Shown one piece after another: positions 1 through 12,529 of a DNA stretch of 63,999 nt. The position numbers and the translations under genes are program-made. This stretch comes from Rhizodiscina lignyota (Eukaryota): assembly GCA_010015805.1 (NCBI GenBank), contig ML978122.1, forward strand, positions 3,258,453-3,322,451, written 5' to 3'. The first letter of the stretch is position 1. Every line of letters starts with the position of its first letter. Below the pieces are notes generated by a model. That model worked only from the letters and a program-made list of their open reading frames with translations, made no database searches and had not been told where the DNA came from.

Positions 1-529
1 CGATGCAAGCTCGTGCTGCTGTTCAAGAGTCCTGCGGGCGGAGATTAACGTCAGCACAGCTTTGTCGCTCTGAGCGTGCCCATTGTCGAAGCTCCTACTC
101 CTCCTGAACGCGTTGCTCAAGGATCGTTCAATTCAACAAAATCCCTCATCAACTGAAGTAACACGATGCTCGAAATTGATTTGCAAATGAAAGAGGGTCC
201 CTACAAGTCCTGATCTCTGAAGAAGACAACGCTTCTCTGCAAGAACTTCAGTCAATCTACCGAGTAGCCTTTTTTGAATCTGTACGTACTTCCGCCACCA
301 GGAGAGCCAGCTCATCCTTCTGAGCATCTGTCAAACTACCCAATTGAACGCCTTTCAGCTCCGTTCCAATGTATGGCGTAAGCTCTTCAACTGCGGTTGC
401 CTCTGCCAGCAGCGACTTCTTTTCGGGGTCTGCGAAAAAAGCTCGGTCACGAGCAGGAGTGAACTCCTCATGTGGAGGATGAGGAGGTTTGTAAGCCAGC
501 ACTGCTGGGGTAACTGAATTGGCCACCAT
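1..529 (-). CDS. TauD/TfdA-family alpha-ketoglutarate-dependent (sulfonate) dioxygenase, 5' part; gene continues beyond the window edge
   Basis: ATG at 529. Exon 1 reads ...LTPYIGTELKGVQLGSLTDAQKDELALLVAE; after an intron, RSVVFFRDQDL (~205-236); after another intron, TLEQQHELAS (1-31). These are typical TauD N-terminal motifs. Confidence 0.85.
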
Positions 530-1138
530 GATGGTAAGTAAGCTCGAAATTAGGATCGATATCGGTGGCGAATATCCTTCGTATTACAAGCTGGAGCTGT
601 AGCTATCTTTTCTACTGCAAAGAGTAAGAAGTGTAAGCAGCTCGCATCAACCGCCCTGATTGTTATATAGATCTGGAACCGCGGCACCTACGACACATAC
701 TAAACAGCTGCACATGTCAGCGCTCATGCTCACTGATTCCAATACAGTGTCGCCGGCGGAAAGTTTCCCGTGCGGGAGCGATTTTGAGTCATTCTGGCCT
801 CTTGATTGATTTCCAATTGCCCATAATGTAATGCAGGGTCTCTCCACCTTTTCCTCTTCCGGGAGTTCCATCCCCGCATATTAGGAAGATCTATCTTTCC
901 TAAGCTTCGCCCTCATAATCGCAATTATCACACTGTACTGCGGAAGCTTCTCGAGTCATAGCAGTATTGAGAGTTGTATAAAATATTTTGTTCACTGCTC
1001 CCAGGAGAACTATAACATTGATCAGTCTGACGTCAATACCTACATAGTCCTCTATCTTCCGGTCCTCTCCGTCATAGTACTTGATCCAGAACCTTTCTTG
1101 GAGAAAAATCAATCCTTTTCGGCCGAAAAGCAATCAAA

Positions 1139-2012
1139 ATGTCCACCATAGATAAAGCTGCAATTACCGACCTGCTCACAAATGGCCCTCATCGCTCAGA
1201 AGTAGGCCGCAAGCAATTAACGCTTGCACTTGGAGGGCTTTACATCGCATCCACTACCCTTTCAGAAAAACCGTATTTAGTCTGGGAGAAAGAAAAGGGC
1301 TATCCTCGATACTACATTCCCATTCAGTCGCTGCACCCCGATATTAAGGCACAGCTGGGCGGCGAGACGAATGGTCATCAAGCCTCAGGAACGACAGTCA
1401 AGCTCGAGACAGTTGCGACGGTAAAAGGGAATAACGATTCAGCAGCTGCCATTGAGACGTTGACCGTGGGATCAAAGACGACGACATGGGTGCGATTTAC
1501 CGAAGGCCTTTACAACGGATTCATCAGGTTCGAGCGCAGTGAGATCGACGATTGGTTCCAGAACGGTCAGTTATTTTTTGGCATCAAGAACCCGTTCAAG
1601 CGCATCGATACCGCTCCTGTCTCGAACCACATCGTTGTCAAAGTCGATGGTGAAGTGGTCGCTGAGACGGATGTTGCCGTTTTGCTCAACGAGACCGGAC
1701 TGAAGGAGACGTATTACATCCCTGCGACGAGCGTCAAGAATTGGGGCACGGTAGAGAAGAGCGATCTGAGAACTGCCTGCCCGTATAAGGGCGAGGCTTG
1801 GTGGGTCTCCTCTCATGCCAACGTTGGAGCTAAGGAAGGATTTCAACTGACAAATCTGCAGGTACCTGTCAATCACGGTAAAGGGAAAGAAGTACGATAA
1901 CCTAATTTGGTACTACCCGTATCCCACGCATGAGAGCGCCGGTGTGGAGGGCTTGATCAGCTTCTATAATAAAGAAGGCGTTGATATCCTGGTTGATGGG
2001 GTGAAGATCTGA
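1139..2012 (+). CDS. DUF427-domain protein
   Basis: ORF 1139.. contains LVWE..YPRYYIP, KNPFKRID, ETGLKETYYIP and TACPYKGEA. Intron ~1801-1861, then exon YLSITVKGKKYDNLIWYYPYPTHESAGVEGLISFYN...KI*, with TGA at 2010-2012. Confidence 0.85.
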
Positions 2013-2672
2013 GTCGGGGGCATTCATCGGTACATTATCATTCCCACTTAGCTATAAACGGACGATCAGGATTGTAGTCACTTTAGCTGAATCAAGGGTT
2101 CAAGTTCCAACTCAGACAAACACATTGCACCATCATCGCTTGAACGAACTCAAGCGCGATTTCTTCGCGTGACTAAGCAGGTCCCCACTTTGAACCTCCT
2201 CTGACCCTGGTCAACAACATGCGATCAAGCACCATCCTTCGCCCGTTTCGGAATCCAACACCTGTTCAAAGTCTCCAGTTTCACGAAGTGTACGCTTGTC
2301 GGCGAGTCGTAATGAGCTTCGATAGGACGCGGCGGATATGCTGAAGATGTATCATCAGGTCGTAGCGTTCGATGACTAACGTTCTCCGGTTTCCTGGCTT
2401 CGAACCGCTTCCGGATTGTCACTATAAGGAGGAGCTAAGTCCAAGGACGTAAGTGGATCTATAGAGTAGCAGTGGAACCTCGAGTTTCTTTTGATACATT
2501 CCATTTCTGTACAAGAATCGTCAGGCGGCTCGGTGTCATTACAGCAACTTTCCAAAGTCAACACGCGTGTTCCAGGACGAGACAAGAGGAAAGGGAGTAA
2601 CAGGCGAACAGCTCAAAACTGACAATAAGATCCGTTGAATCTTAAAGATCTTCACAAATTCTCGCCACGACC

Positions 2673-4477
2673 ATGACAATTGGTCGAGATACCGGCCGGC
2701 TCGAGGGAAAGACTGGAGAGTCTCTGCATCGCCAGGTCTCGAGTTCCCACATGGACGAACAGCATGCCGGGTCGAAGAAAATGGAAGATGCTGGCCCCAC
2801 AGAAGTTCAAAGACCCAGTTTCGACGGTGAATCCCTTGATTCGGTCAAGGGGGTTATTGATATTCAAGCCATTGATCCAGTATTGGCGAAGAAGATGGCG
2901 CTCGTCAATAAAGCGATTGACGATATCGGAATGACCAATTTCCAATGGAAGCTGTTCTTCCTCAATGGATTTGGATATGCAGTCGACTCGGTTAGTTCAC
3001 AAATACCTTCTTTCCTCCAACCGCATCCTTGTGCCGAGCTAATGCGTCATGACAGCTGCTCGTTGTCGCCCATTCTATTGCGAATCCGGCAGTGCAACAG
3101 GAGTATGGATTACCAAGTCCGCATGTCTCTGGAATTCCACTGGCATCGCAAGTCGGTCTTCTCGTCGGCGCTGGGATATGGGGATTCTCAGCCGATATCA
3201 TTGGCAGGAGGATCGCTTTTAACACAAGCTTGTTTTCCTGCGCCATCTTCGTGATCATTGCTGGAGCAATGCCTGGTTACATATCTTTTGCTGCTTTGTA
3301 GGTGCATCCGCCCTTGTTCCTCATCTGCGGCTGAGAAATGTCCCCAGAGTTGCCATCTATTCCGCTGGCGCTGGTGGAAATTACATCCTGGACGCCACCA
3401 GCTACTTGGAATTCCTTCCAACTACACATGCTTGGCTGGTCACCTTCATGGCCTTGTGGTGGGCTATCGGATATACCGTTACTGGGCTGCTCGCTTGGGC
3501 GTTCATGAGTAACTTCAGCTGTGCGCCAGACGCAACACCGCAGACCTGCACACGTGCGGACAACATGGGGTGGCGGTACCTCCACTTCACATGCGGAGCA
3601 CTTGTCTTGTTCATGGCCCTGGCTCGAGTTACCCTCATCAGGATGGTGCAGACACCACGATGGTTGCTAAGTCAGAATCGAGATGCCGAGGTGATCAAGG
3701 TCTTGAACAAAATATCGGCCGAGTCCAAAAACATGCACCATTTGACGCTGGAGCAGCTCCAAGCAGAAGGTGTCGTCCTTCACACCGATAAATCCGTTTG
3801 GTCCTCTTTGCGACTGAAGATGCACTTCAAAGGTCTCTTCCAGACGCGAGCGCTCGGATGGTCAACGGCCATGATATTGTGCAACTGGTTCGTGATTGGA
3901 ATGGTCACCCCACTCTATGGCGCCTTTCTGCCATTCTATCTCTACTCGCGAGGTGCAGATGTTGGGGATGATTCGAATTATACGACATGGAGGGATTACG
4001 CAATCAACCAGGCCGCTGGTCTTGTCGGTCCACTTATTGCTGCCGTCTTGATCGAAAGCAAATTCATTGGACGGCGGGGTACGTTGGCCATTGGTGCGGC
4101 AATAACGACGGCCCTCCAGTTTGGATATACACAAATCAAGACACCTGCACAGAATCTTGGTGTCTCGGCTGCTATATCTGCTGCATCGTGAGTTCATCTC
4201 CGACTCTTGATAAAGATCGCTGACTATGTCTAGCAACATCTACTACGGCACAATCTATGCGTATACTCCAGAAATCTTGCCGTCCGCTCATCGTGCGACT
4301 GGTTATGGTCTTTGTGTCGTTCTGAATCGGATCGGTGGCATCCTTGGTGTGCTTGTTGGAAGCTACGCGAATGTAGAGACGACAGCGCCGTTGTTCGTTT
4401 GCGCAGCATTGTTTGGCTTGCTCATCGTGCTCAGCCTGTTGTTGCCATTCGAATCAAGGGGCAAGAGAAGCCAATGA
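2673..4477 (+). CDS. Major facilitator superfamily transporter (sugar transporter/SV2-like)
   Basis: Exons give IGMTNFQWKLFFLNGFGYAVDS, WGFSADIIGRR (motif A), EFLP, QTPRWLLSQNR and YAYTPEILPSAHRATG. Introns at ~2991-3055, ~3298-3347 and ~4188-4233. Start codon uncertain (2673 or 2751). Confidence 0.9.
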
Positions 4478-5207
4478 TGAGTGAATTCACCGCTTCCCAG
4501 GCTAGTTTCGCTAGCCTCGATTATCCCCAAACAGCTGCAAGCTGCGATTGATAGCTGCAAGAAGGACATCCATCGAATGTGAGGTCTCTGGATAGATAAG
4601 TCTGTGGAGCAAATTAAGCATGTGCAACAAAGGTCGAAAACCGTGCTGTGTCAATGTTATAGTAGCTCATGCGGAGACCCCCGATAGAATTCCAGTACAC
4701 TCTAGCAATGTTTGCACTTTCAAAATCATCCTCATTGCAAACAGCGGAGCTCACGTTTGAGCATCGGCGTTCTGTCGCGCAGATTCTTGTCGTATCCCCC
4801 TTTCCATCAGATTCAGCGAGACTTCCACGTCTCTGACTTGCTAAATCTTAGCTGCTTTCCGGAGTCGTCAGCTTGGACAGTGTACTGACATGGCATCAAT
4901 TAATATAGAGACACAGGCAGAACACCGGAGGAGAAGACGAGAGGTGTTGAACATCCTTGGCCTGGCCCAGCACAAAACGATGTAAACATTACGAGATCAG
5001 CCCTTACCGTATAGGATTAGCGCACATTTTCAGAGGAAGGTGACAGGTCTTGGCAAAAATTTCCAGAAACACCAACTTGCATAGCTCTCTACTTCCCTTT
5101 TCTCCAATCTTTCGCGTGCCCGCGTCAACAGCCCATCAGCACGGCATTTCCTCTGCCACATACCTTTTCTGTTGCTGAAGTCTTCAATTCAAAATTTCAC
5201 TTACACT

Positions 5208-5840
5208 ATGTCTACGCAATCAAGCACCGGCCCAATCGTCGCCGCATCCATCGGCGTCTTCGCAACCGGCTTCCTCGCATACGCGCTATATTTTGATCAC
5301 CGGCGACGAACAGACCCCGACTTCCGTAAAGCACTGAAGCGCGAGAGCAAGAGACAAGCCAAGGCAGCGAAGGAGGAGGCTGAAGCGGAGGATGTGCAGC
5401 GCAGGAAGAAGATTCGAGATCTTGTGGCAGAGGCGAACGCTGAGGGATATCCTTCGGACCCAGAGAGGGTGGAGGAGTACTTCATGACAGAGGTGGCTGA
5501 AGGAGAGAAGAAGATTTCAGATGGTAGGTGTTTCCATGGGAGATGTGTTTAGGTATTCACGGATTGTCTAACGGGCGAGTGTAGGGTCTGACCCGGTCGA
5601 TGCAGCTCTGTGCTTCTACAAGGCCTTGAAAGTATACCCGAACCAAGAAGATCTAATCCACATCTTTGACAAGACGGTTCCTAAGGCAAGTGACCTCCCA
5701 GTGGAGGTTTGGCATGGACTAACGCCCTTCAACAGCCAATCCTTGACATCCTCGCTCAAATGATTGCGGCCGACCCGAGCATTCGCATCCGTTCCTCCAC
5801 TGCTGGCTCAGCAGCTTCCGACCGTGGCGTTGATGACTAG
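5208..5840 (+). CDS. TOM20: Mitochondrial outer membrane import receptor Tom20
   Basis: N-terminal TM segment followed by [34 protein letters not shown]; exon 2 [14 protein letters not shown]...DKTVPK; exon 3 [11 protein letters not shown]...DD*. Two introns, the second GC-AG. Confidence 0.95.
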
Positions 5841-6296
5841 AGCATAGCTTGCTCACTCGCAGTCCAACATCTCCTCTCTTCGCTCTGGAACCAGCTCTGC
5901 GAGCGAAATCCCAAACTTGGAGCCTTTTTCGCCTTCCTGTCTATATCTCCTGTACAAAATTCCATCGCTTGGAGTCGGGCTTTTGAATGGATGCGTTTGC
6001 AAATTACGATCGTAGACCTGGAACGACGAGGCATGTCAAGGAACAGAGCGGTTCGGAAGCTCTTGCAAAGCAGGTAGCGCTTTTTGCTGCCCTCATTGAA
6101 TTTCTTGCTCTGTATTTATGACCCTTTGAGACTGCGCGGCTCGACCATAAGCGCAGAGAATCACATAATACATTCCTCTCGCCCAACCATGCGTTATCGT
6201 CACAAACGAGCCAAGGCTGCATGGTATATGGTATAGACCTAAAATGAAACGCCGTCGCAATGCAATGCTGATCTGAAGTGTCTCCAAGAATGCGTT

Positions 6297-7748
6297 TCAA
6301 CCCATCAAATCCATGATGCCTTCAGGCCAATCTCCCACCACGACCGCATTTCCGGGAACTCTCCCACTCACGGGGCTGAGCAACCTCAGCTTTTTCTTTG
6401 CCTCGTCCACTTCTGCAACATACATGTACCCTAGTACACTCGAGTCGCGGATCGTCTCCTGACTATCGGTTGCAGATGCGGTTGTTATGGCAAGCAGTGC
6501 GTTCTGGAGCATCATGCTTGGCATGACTTTGTCGTAAATGTTGGAGACGCCAAACGACGAGGGGTCGTAGTCGTCATCGTCGTCGTCTGCACCTGGGTTG
6601 AATGAGGATGAGTTACCAGATGTAGACTTGATTTTGTAGATGCTTATCTGGCTGAAGTCCACCATCTGCGTGTAAGGGCTGAGCGGCGCAGAAGGTACAC
6701 CGAAGAAATAGTTCCGCACTTGCGCCTGGCGCAGTTGCCGCATGTACAATTCGTCACGCTCGACACAGCCTTCGGATTTGGCGAGTCGGACCACAGAGAC
6801 GGGTGCGTCGCCCTCGCTGGTGCCGGCGCTGAAGAGTCGGGTCATGTCCTTGTAGAGACGCTCAGAGCCGAGGACGACGATCACATTGACGGAGAACTCG
6901 GACACGATATGTTGGATCATCTCATATGAGCCGCCTTTGCCGGACGAGATGCTGCCAGGAGTGTCGAGGAAGCAACCAGCCTGGCGCACTTCGTCGTCTT
7001 CCTGGAATCTACTCGTCACAGCCAGAGCCAGTCGTGTAATGAGTGCCTTGTATACTGCCTTATTCTCATCTGGCGTGCCGCACGCATAATGATACACCAA
7101 TGGCATCTTGATCGGAACCGCACTCGGGCCAGATATCGGACTGCTGCCCCAACCACCCACCTCTTCAACATCTAGAATGTCGGCAAACGTTGTCGCTGTG
7201 AGCGATCCCGGCACACTCAGCAATCCCTCTCGCGGATTCAAGTTCACGACTGTTGGCTGCCGTCCCATTTTGACCGCATAAGCCGTCAAGATCCTCATCA
7301 GGCTCGTCTTCCCGCAGTCCTCTGGCCCGACCACCAGCACTCTGGGCCCAATCGCATTGCTATTGGTCGCCGTGACCTGCCTCATCTCGTCCAGTGCAAA
7401 GTGCGCATTCGCAGCAACCCCCATCTCCGTCTCCTCGCCGACATAGTCGTTCTCCACCGCCCCGTAAATTTCGAGTTCGCACCCATGGTAGGTGAATATC
7501 GCGCCTTTGAGCCCGGTGAAGGTGTATTCGCGACCTGGAGCGAGTTCGGAGCCGAAGAGCTCAGCGGTGCCGGTGAGGAGCTTGATGCGGAGGGTGCGCG
7601 CGAAGGGGACTTCGAAACGATATTCGGTGTTGGCAGAAAGGGACTGTGTGCGGATTGAGGGCGCAGATTGGAGGGAGGATTGGGCGGTGGTGTCGACGCC
7701 GGTGGAGTTGAAGGAGAGGCCGGGGAGCTGGAGGCCGGGGATGGACAT
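6297..7748 (-). CDS. CLP1: mRNA cleavage and polyadenylation factor Clp1
   Basis: Intronless 483-aa ORF with EYRFEV, GTAELFGSEL, P-loop GPEDCGKTSL, FSVNVIVVLGSERLY and C-terminal EVDEAKKKLRLLSP. Confidence 0.95.
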   Translation of the reverse strand: MSIPGLQLPGLSFNSTGVDTTAQSSLQSAPSIRTQSLSANTEYRFEVPFARTLRIKLLTGTAELFGSELAPGREYTFTGLKGAIFTYHGCELEIYGAVENDYVGEETEMGVAANAHFALDEMRQVTATNSNAIGPRVLVVGPEDCGKTSLMRILTAYAVKMGRQPTVVNLNPREGLLSVPGSLTATTFADILDVEEVGGWGSSPISGPSAVPIKMPLVYHYACGTPDENKAVYKALITRLALAVTSRFQEDDEVRQAGCFLDTPGSISSGKGGSYEMIQHIVSEFSVNVIVVLGSERLYKDMTRLFSAGTSEGDAPVSVVRLAKSEGCVERDELYMRQLRQAQVRNYFFGVPSAPLSPYTQMVDFSQISIYKIKSTSGNSSSFNPGADDDDDDYDPSSFGVSNIYDKVMPSMMLQNALLAITTASATDSQETIRDSSVLGYMYVAEVDEAKKKLRLLSPVSGRVPGNAVVVGDWPEGIMDLMG

Positions 7749-8630
7749 TTGGGCGCTGTATTACAGAATAGCCTTCAGCTGCTTTGAACGTATATTCTGG
7801 AGGAGACTGAGCGTTGAAGAATGTGGTACAGCGCCACGCTTGCAAGGATAGCGCTTTCTTTGAATTGGAGCATATTCAGGACTAAGAAGTCTTGGCAAGA
7901 TCGGTGCTAGAGCTTGAACATGAGCAAAATGTGAAAGTACTTACGCAAAGGTAAACTGCTGGGTGGGGTGGAGCTCGAAAATGTGTTGATGTTGGTCGAT
8001 ATATGTGCCCCGGGCTTCATACGGGGGCCTCCTTAAGCTTGATCCGAATGCACCCATGCCGCGCTTGCCTAAATGGCTCTAGCTGCGCTCTTTACTTCAG
8101 CCATTATTCCCAGCTCCCTTTGACTCTGGACGTCATCCTTATATCTCAATGGCTTCATGTCCTGACCAATGGTCCTTTCTGGTTCTCGCGACGCCATTTC
8201 CCATCCCTCGATGCCAGACGTATTGCGTTGGTGATCCTGAAGTCGCGAGAACCGCCGAACTCCACCGCGTCGAGCGAGACGTTCATGGTGCTGCACTAGC
8301 CAGCTAGCCTGCCACCAACGCTCCACGTCTCGGCGCATTGCTTCGCGGAAATCGCGGAATCGGAGTTGCAGCATTGAGTCATCGCGATTACGAACCGCGC
8401 CTGTATCGCGCCATTCGCGCCTCGAAACACTTTCGATTCTCCTCGCTGTCAAGCTATTCCGCTCGTCTTACTATACCCATTGAGATGCAGTTTGAGTGTG
8501 CGTCGTTGTCGCCATCAAATTTCGGTGTTGGCATTGCGCTTTTTGTTGTTTTGACATGTCGTGAGAGTCGAGGGAGCTTGGATGCATCGAGAAACGTCTT
8601 AAACGAAACTCCGTACCCTCTTGAGCAAGT

Positions 8631-11138
8631 ATGACCTCTCAGGCACCGAAAGACCCTCAATTCCGCCGCAATGGCAAGCCTCAGGCGTGCGAGCCCTGCA
8701 GAAAGCTTAGGATCCGGTGCGACCATGGTCGTCCAATTTGTGGCAGGTGCAGCAGGAAAAGACCCGAAGCTTGTGTCTATCACCCAGCTCCTATGACGAG
8801 AGCACCAACCGCTGTTCGTCAATGGCATGTCAGCACTGTAGATGGAGGCCCTCCAAGATCATCACGTCCTTCCACTTCTGACACTTCCCCTGTGACGCCG
8901 ACTACCGCCACGTCCAATAATGCTGTCCGACCCGATGCTGCAGGACTACGCACTCCCCAATCCGTCCCAGGTCCAGGAGGATTGACACCTGGTATCGAAC
9001 CTCCTAAATCCTCCGGAGAACTCCTATCAGGTCCGGCAGCACAGCAAGATTCCTTCTTGGGCTCAACTAGTTATTCCGCTGCTCTCGCCGAGAGCCACCG
9101 TGGAAGTGTTGTAACTCCTGATCCCATGTTTGATCGTCCAGATACTCTCACGTTCACGAGATTCGTGACACCAGCGACGAAGAAGGCCGAGCAAGACCGG
9201 ATCAATTATGGCGCTCGCCTGCTGGCTCTGCTTCCTACCCTGCCTCTCGCCGAAGAGCTCATAGATCGGTATATGCGGTTAAGTCAGGTCGTCATTGTAC
9301 CTTCTATGGTTGTCAACTTGTCACTGCAAGCACTCCGGCGCCAAATGGATTCCTTCTCCACTGATGAGAAATGCTACGAGATGTCTCGACGGATCTTCAT
9401 CGAGACGAATAAACCAATCCACTACAATGAAGATCTTCGACCCAACAACTACCACGAATTCTTCACAGGCGAACACTTGCGCTGGGAGATTCTTGGGCTG
9501 ATATTCACATTGATGGGACTCTCTTGCATGACCATCGGGGAGGAGACTTCTTTTGCATCGACAATCGTGTCGTGCAAGGTCGACTGGAAGATCTTGATGG
9601 AAGAGATGCTGCTTGCGAGTAACCAATGCATCTCTTTTGCTTACCACTGCCAGACTCTCAACGATATGTTTGTATGGCTGCTGCATTGTAATCTGACGTT
9701 TCTGACTATGCATCGTGGGGAGTCTAGTAACGCCACCATGCCTGGTTTGACCGTTAACATACGCTAATTACGATAGATCACATCGTCTGGCGACGACTGG
9801 GAGACCTTTCTACTGCCGTGTACGAGATGGGCCTGCATCAAGACCCTGGATCAACAGATACGGCGCCATTCTTCCTGAAAGAGCTTCGCAAACGCTGCTT
9901 TGGCACAGCTTACTGTGCAGACAAAGCAATCGCAACCTTTTTGGGCAGGCCACCTCTCATTTCACGGCAGTACTCTTGCAGCACACTTCCAGTCGATCTC
10001 GACACAAGTGCTATCATGAGCTCTTCGCCTGGAGAACTGGCCAATCATCTTGCAGAGCTGGACTCTGATGGTTGGAACGTTGCAAAAGGACATTTTGTTC
10101 GGGCGACATTCCTGAGAGTCAGAATGGCTATCAGCTATATCCGAGAGGATGTGTTATTGTTGTCTCTGGGAACGGAAATCTCTGATTTAGAGGCCCGAGT
10201 CTAGTACGTGTTGCCTCTATCAGAGACAGTGATCAGACGCTGACAGACATTATCCAGCTCCACTCTCCAAAAGGCAGAAACGGCGTGGAACAACTTTCCT
10301 CAGTCTGCCCGTTACTCCGAGGCATGCTGGACCTCCGAGACGGATCCGATTATCTGCTTCATGATGCTACTTCTGTACCTCGACCACCTCCACTCGCTCT
10401 TCTTACTCTATCGTTTGTTGGTCAGGAAACGAGATACTGGAGCTGAGATGTTGGTTGATACGGCTCGGAAGCTACTATCCGCAGTCCTGGTGCTGTGTAA
10501 GGAGAGGAGTAGGCTTATTGCTATCGCCACAGACTTTCCGTGGATTGTAAGTGCATTATAGTCTGCTGAGCATACACCGTCTGACGACACAGATTTTATA
10601 CTATGGTCTTCCTTCAGCCGCTCTTCTCTCTGCTGAGCTTTATCGTCAGCAGGCACAACAACCGCCACCTTCTTCGCAATCTTTTCTCTCTACAGCAAAT
10701 ACCGTTCCGTTACCTCGTTCAGAACTCATCCGTAATCTCTCAGTCTTTGTCTCGGCTATGGAATGGGCCTCCTCGCCATCCGACGGAAACTATTCGCTTT
10801 GCGTCAGAGCCCGAAGGCATTTGTCAAGGGTGCTGGACGAAATCCTCGAGCAGCCCGCGAGCATGTCGCCTCCACCGGCCGCTGCTCCAGGACTGAATAC
10901 GACGCTGGCCAATGGTGGGGAACAGGATGGAACCGATGATGCGTTGAACGAGCAGGCTGCCGCTGGAACACTAGCAGCAATGGCCGGCGTTTCGAAGATG
11001 GATGGTATGCCACCTCCAAGCTCGCAAGGATTGGGTTCGATGCCAGGTCAGGATGATGACTGGCAGAATATGGAGTTCTTCCTGGATGGACTTGTCGATA
11101 ACAACATTGATATGATGGACTGGAATCTTGGACTCTAG
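8631..11138 (+). CDS. Zn(II)2Cys6 fungal transcription factor with fungal-specific TF (middle homology) domain
   Basis: CEPCRKLRIRCDHGRPICGRCSRKRPEAC binuclear cluster; ELRKRCFGTAYCADKAIATFLGRPP; LYYGLPSAALL. Introns at ~9728-9776, ~10204-10257 and ~10547-10593. Confidence 0.93.
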
Positions 11139-11197
11139 GCTCGGCTGTGACAAATCGCACCGCAGCTTCACGACTCTCTTGACTCGACGAATCGACG

Positions 11198-12529
11198 CTA
11201 CTTTACTTGGGCGGCATTATGATCTTGTTGATAGAATTGGCTCATATCAGATGCTAGCTTGGAATGGCTTCGGAGGTTCTGCTTTGTGTTCGTATCTGCC
11301 TCCCGGAGCGCCCGCAGGAACGGATCCATCTCCCCGACTGTTTCGGGATCTGGCTCATGGAGTCGCCGCTTATTTGCCTGGGACGTGGGATTGACAATGT
11401 CCAAGAATGTCTCCCGCCGCATCTGAGCGTAATGATCGAGGATTGAATCGGTTGCGAGGCCTTGATAGATGGCGATCAGTGCATCTGCCAATGCCGCCGC
11501 ATCCAGAAGACCGCCAGTTAGACCCAGCCCACCGAATGGATTACACACTGGCCCCATTAGTAGTTGCTTTGGCTGAGGTCCTGTAGACTTACGATGTGCG
11601 GCATCTCCTGCGAGCATTATGCGACCTTTACGGAATGTCCCTGCACACCGCTGGTTCAAGCGATACGGTGACATTTGATCCAATTTGTAGTTCGGAGGTT
11701 TGAGTCCTGGGAACATCTGTGCATATTTCCATGGCATTCGCTCCTCGATCTGCTGTTGCGTCAAACCGTCCCTCTCGCCATAAGAGACCCGATACAGCCC
11801 CTTCTCATTGATCTTCGCGACCAGCGCCCAATGCTCTGGATCTCTGCAGCACGTAAGATGCCTGATCCAAGTTCCGGGGAGACAATGCACTCACATGAGG
11901 AAATTCGCATCTTCCCAGCCGAATTTATCAAATGGATAGTACACGTTGGTCGAGACGAGCTGCTCCGGATACTGGAAACCATCGAAGGGTATCTCGCACA
12001 ATTTCCGGATGGTGCTGCGCCCACCGTCCGCACCAACCAGATAGTCTCCATCATAGAACTCGACTTCTCCATCAGGTCGTTCGGCCGCAACACGTACCGC
12101 TTCGTCATCGTTACGTTCTACCTTCACGACCCTCGTGTTCCAGCAAACCTTCACTCCTGGAAGTTTTTCGAGATGCTGCAGAATAACAGCGGCAAGCTCA
12201 TGCTGCCCGATTACCAGATTTTCATATGGATGCTCCGGCGTTACGAAACGCTCCATCCTCACGATTACTTCTCCAGTTGAAGTTTTGCGCCAGCATACAC
12301 TCTTGCCGCTTCCCCCTACCGCACGTACATCGGCTAGGATACCAGCGCGGTCGAGCTCTTTAACGGCGATTGGTTGGTATGCCATGGCTCTAGGAGATTC
12401 TTCGACTGCTGGGAGCGCTTCCAAGACTGTGACCTGAATGCCCTCTTTTGCGACACGGAGGGATGTGAGGAGTCCCACTGGCCCGGCGCCAACGACGAGG
12501 ACGGATATTTTGGGTTTTGTTTGTGCCAT
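11198..12529 (-). CDS. FAD-dependent monooxygenase (aromatic-ring hydroxylase, FAD_binding_3 family)
   Basis: VVGAGPVG Rossmann motif, YLVGADGGRS (DG motif), LAGDAAH and NPFGGLGLTGG. Two introns (~11847-11894 and ~11549-11592). Confidence 0.93.
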
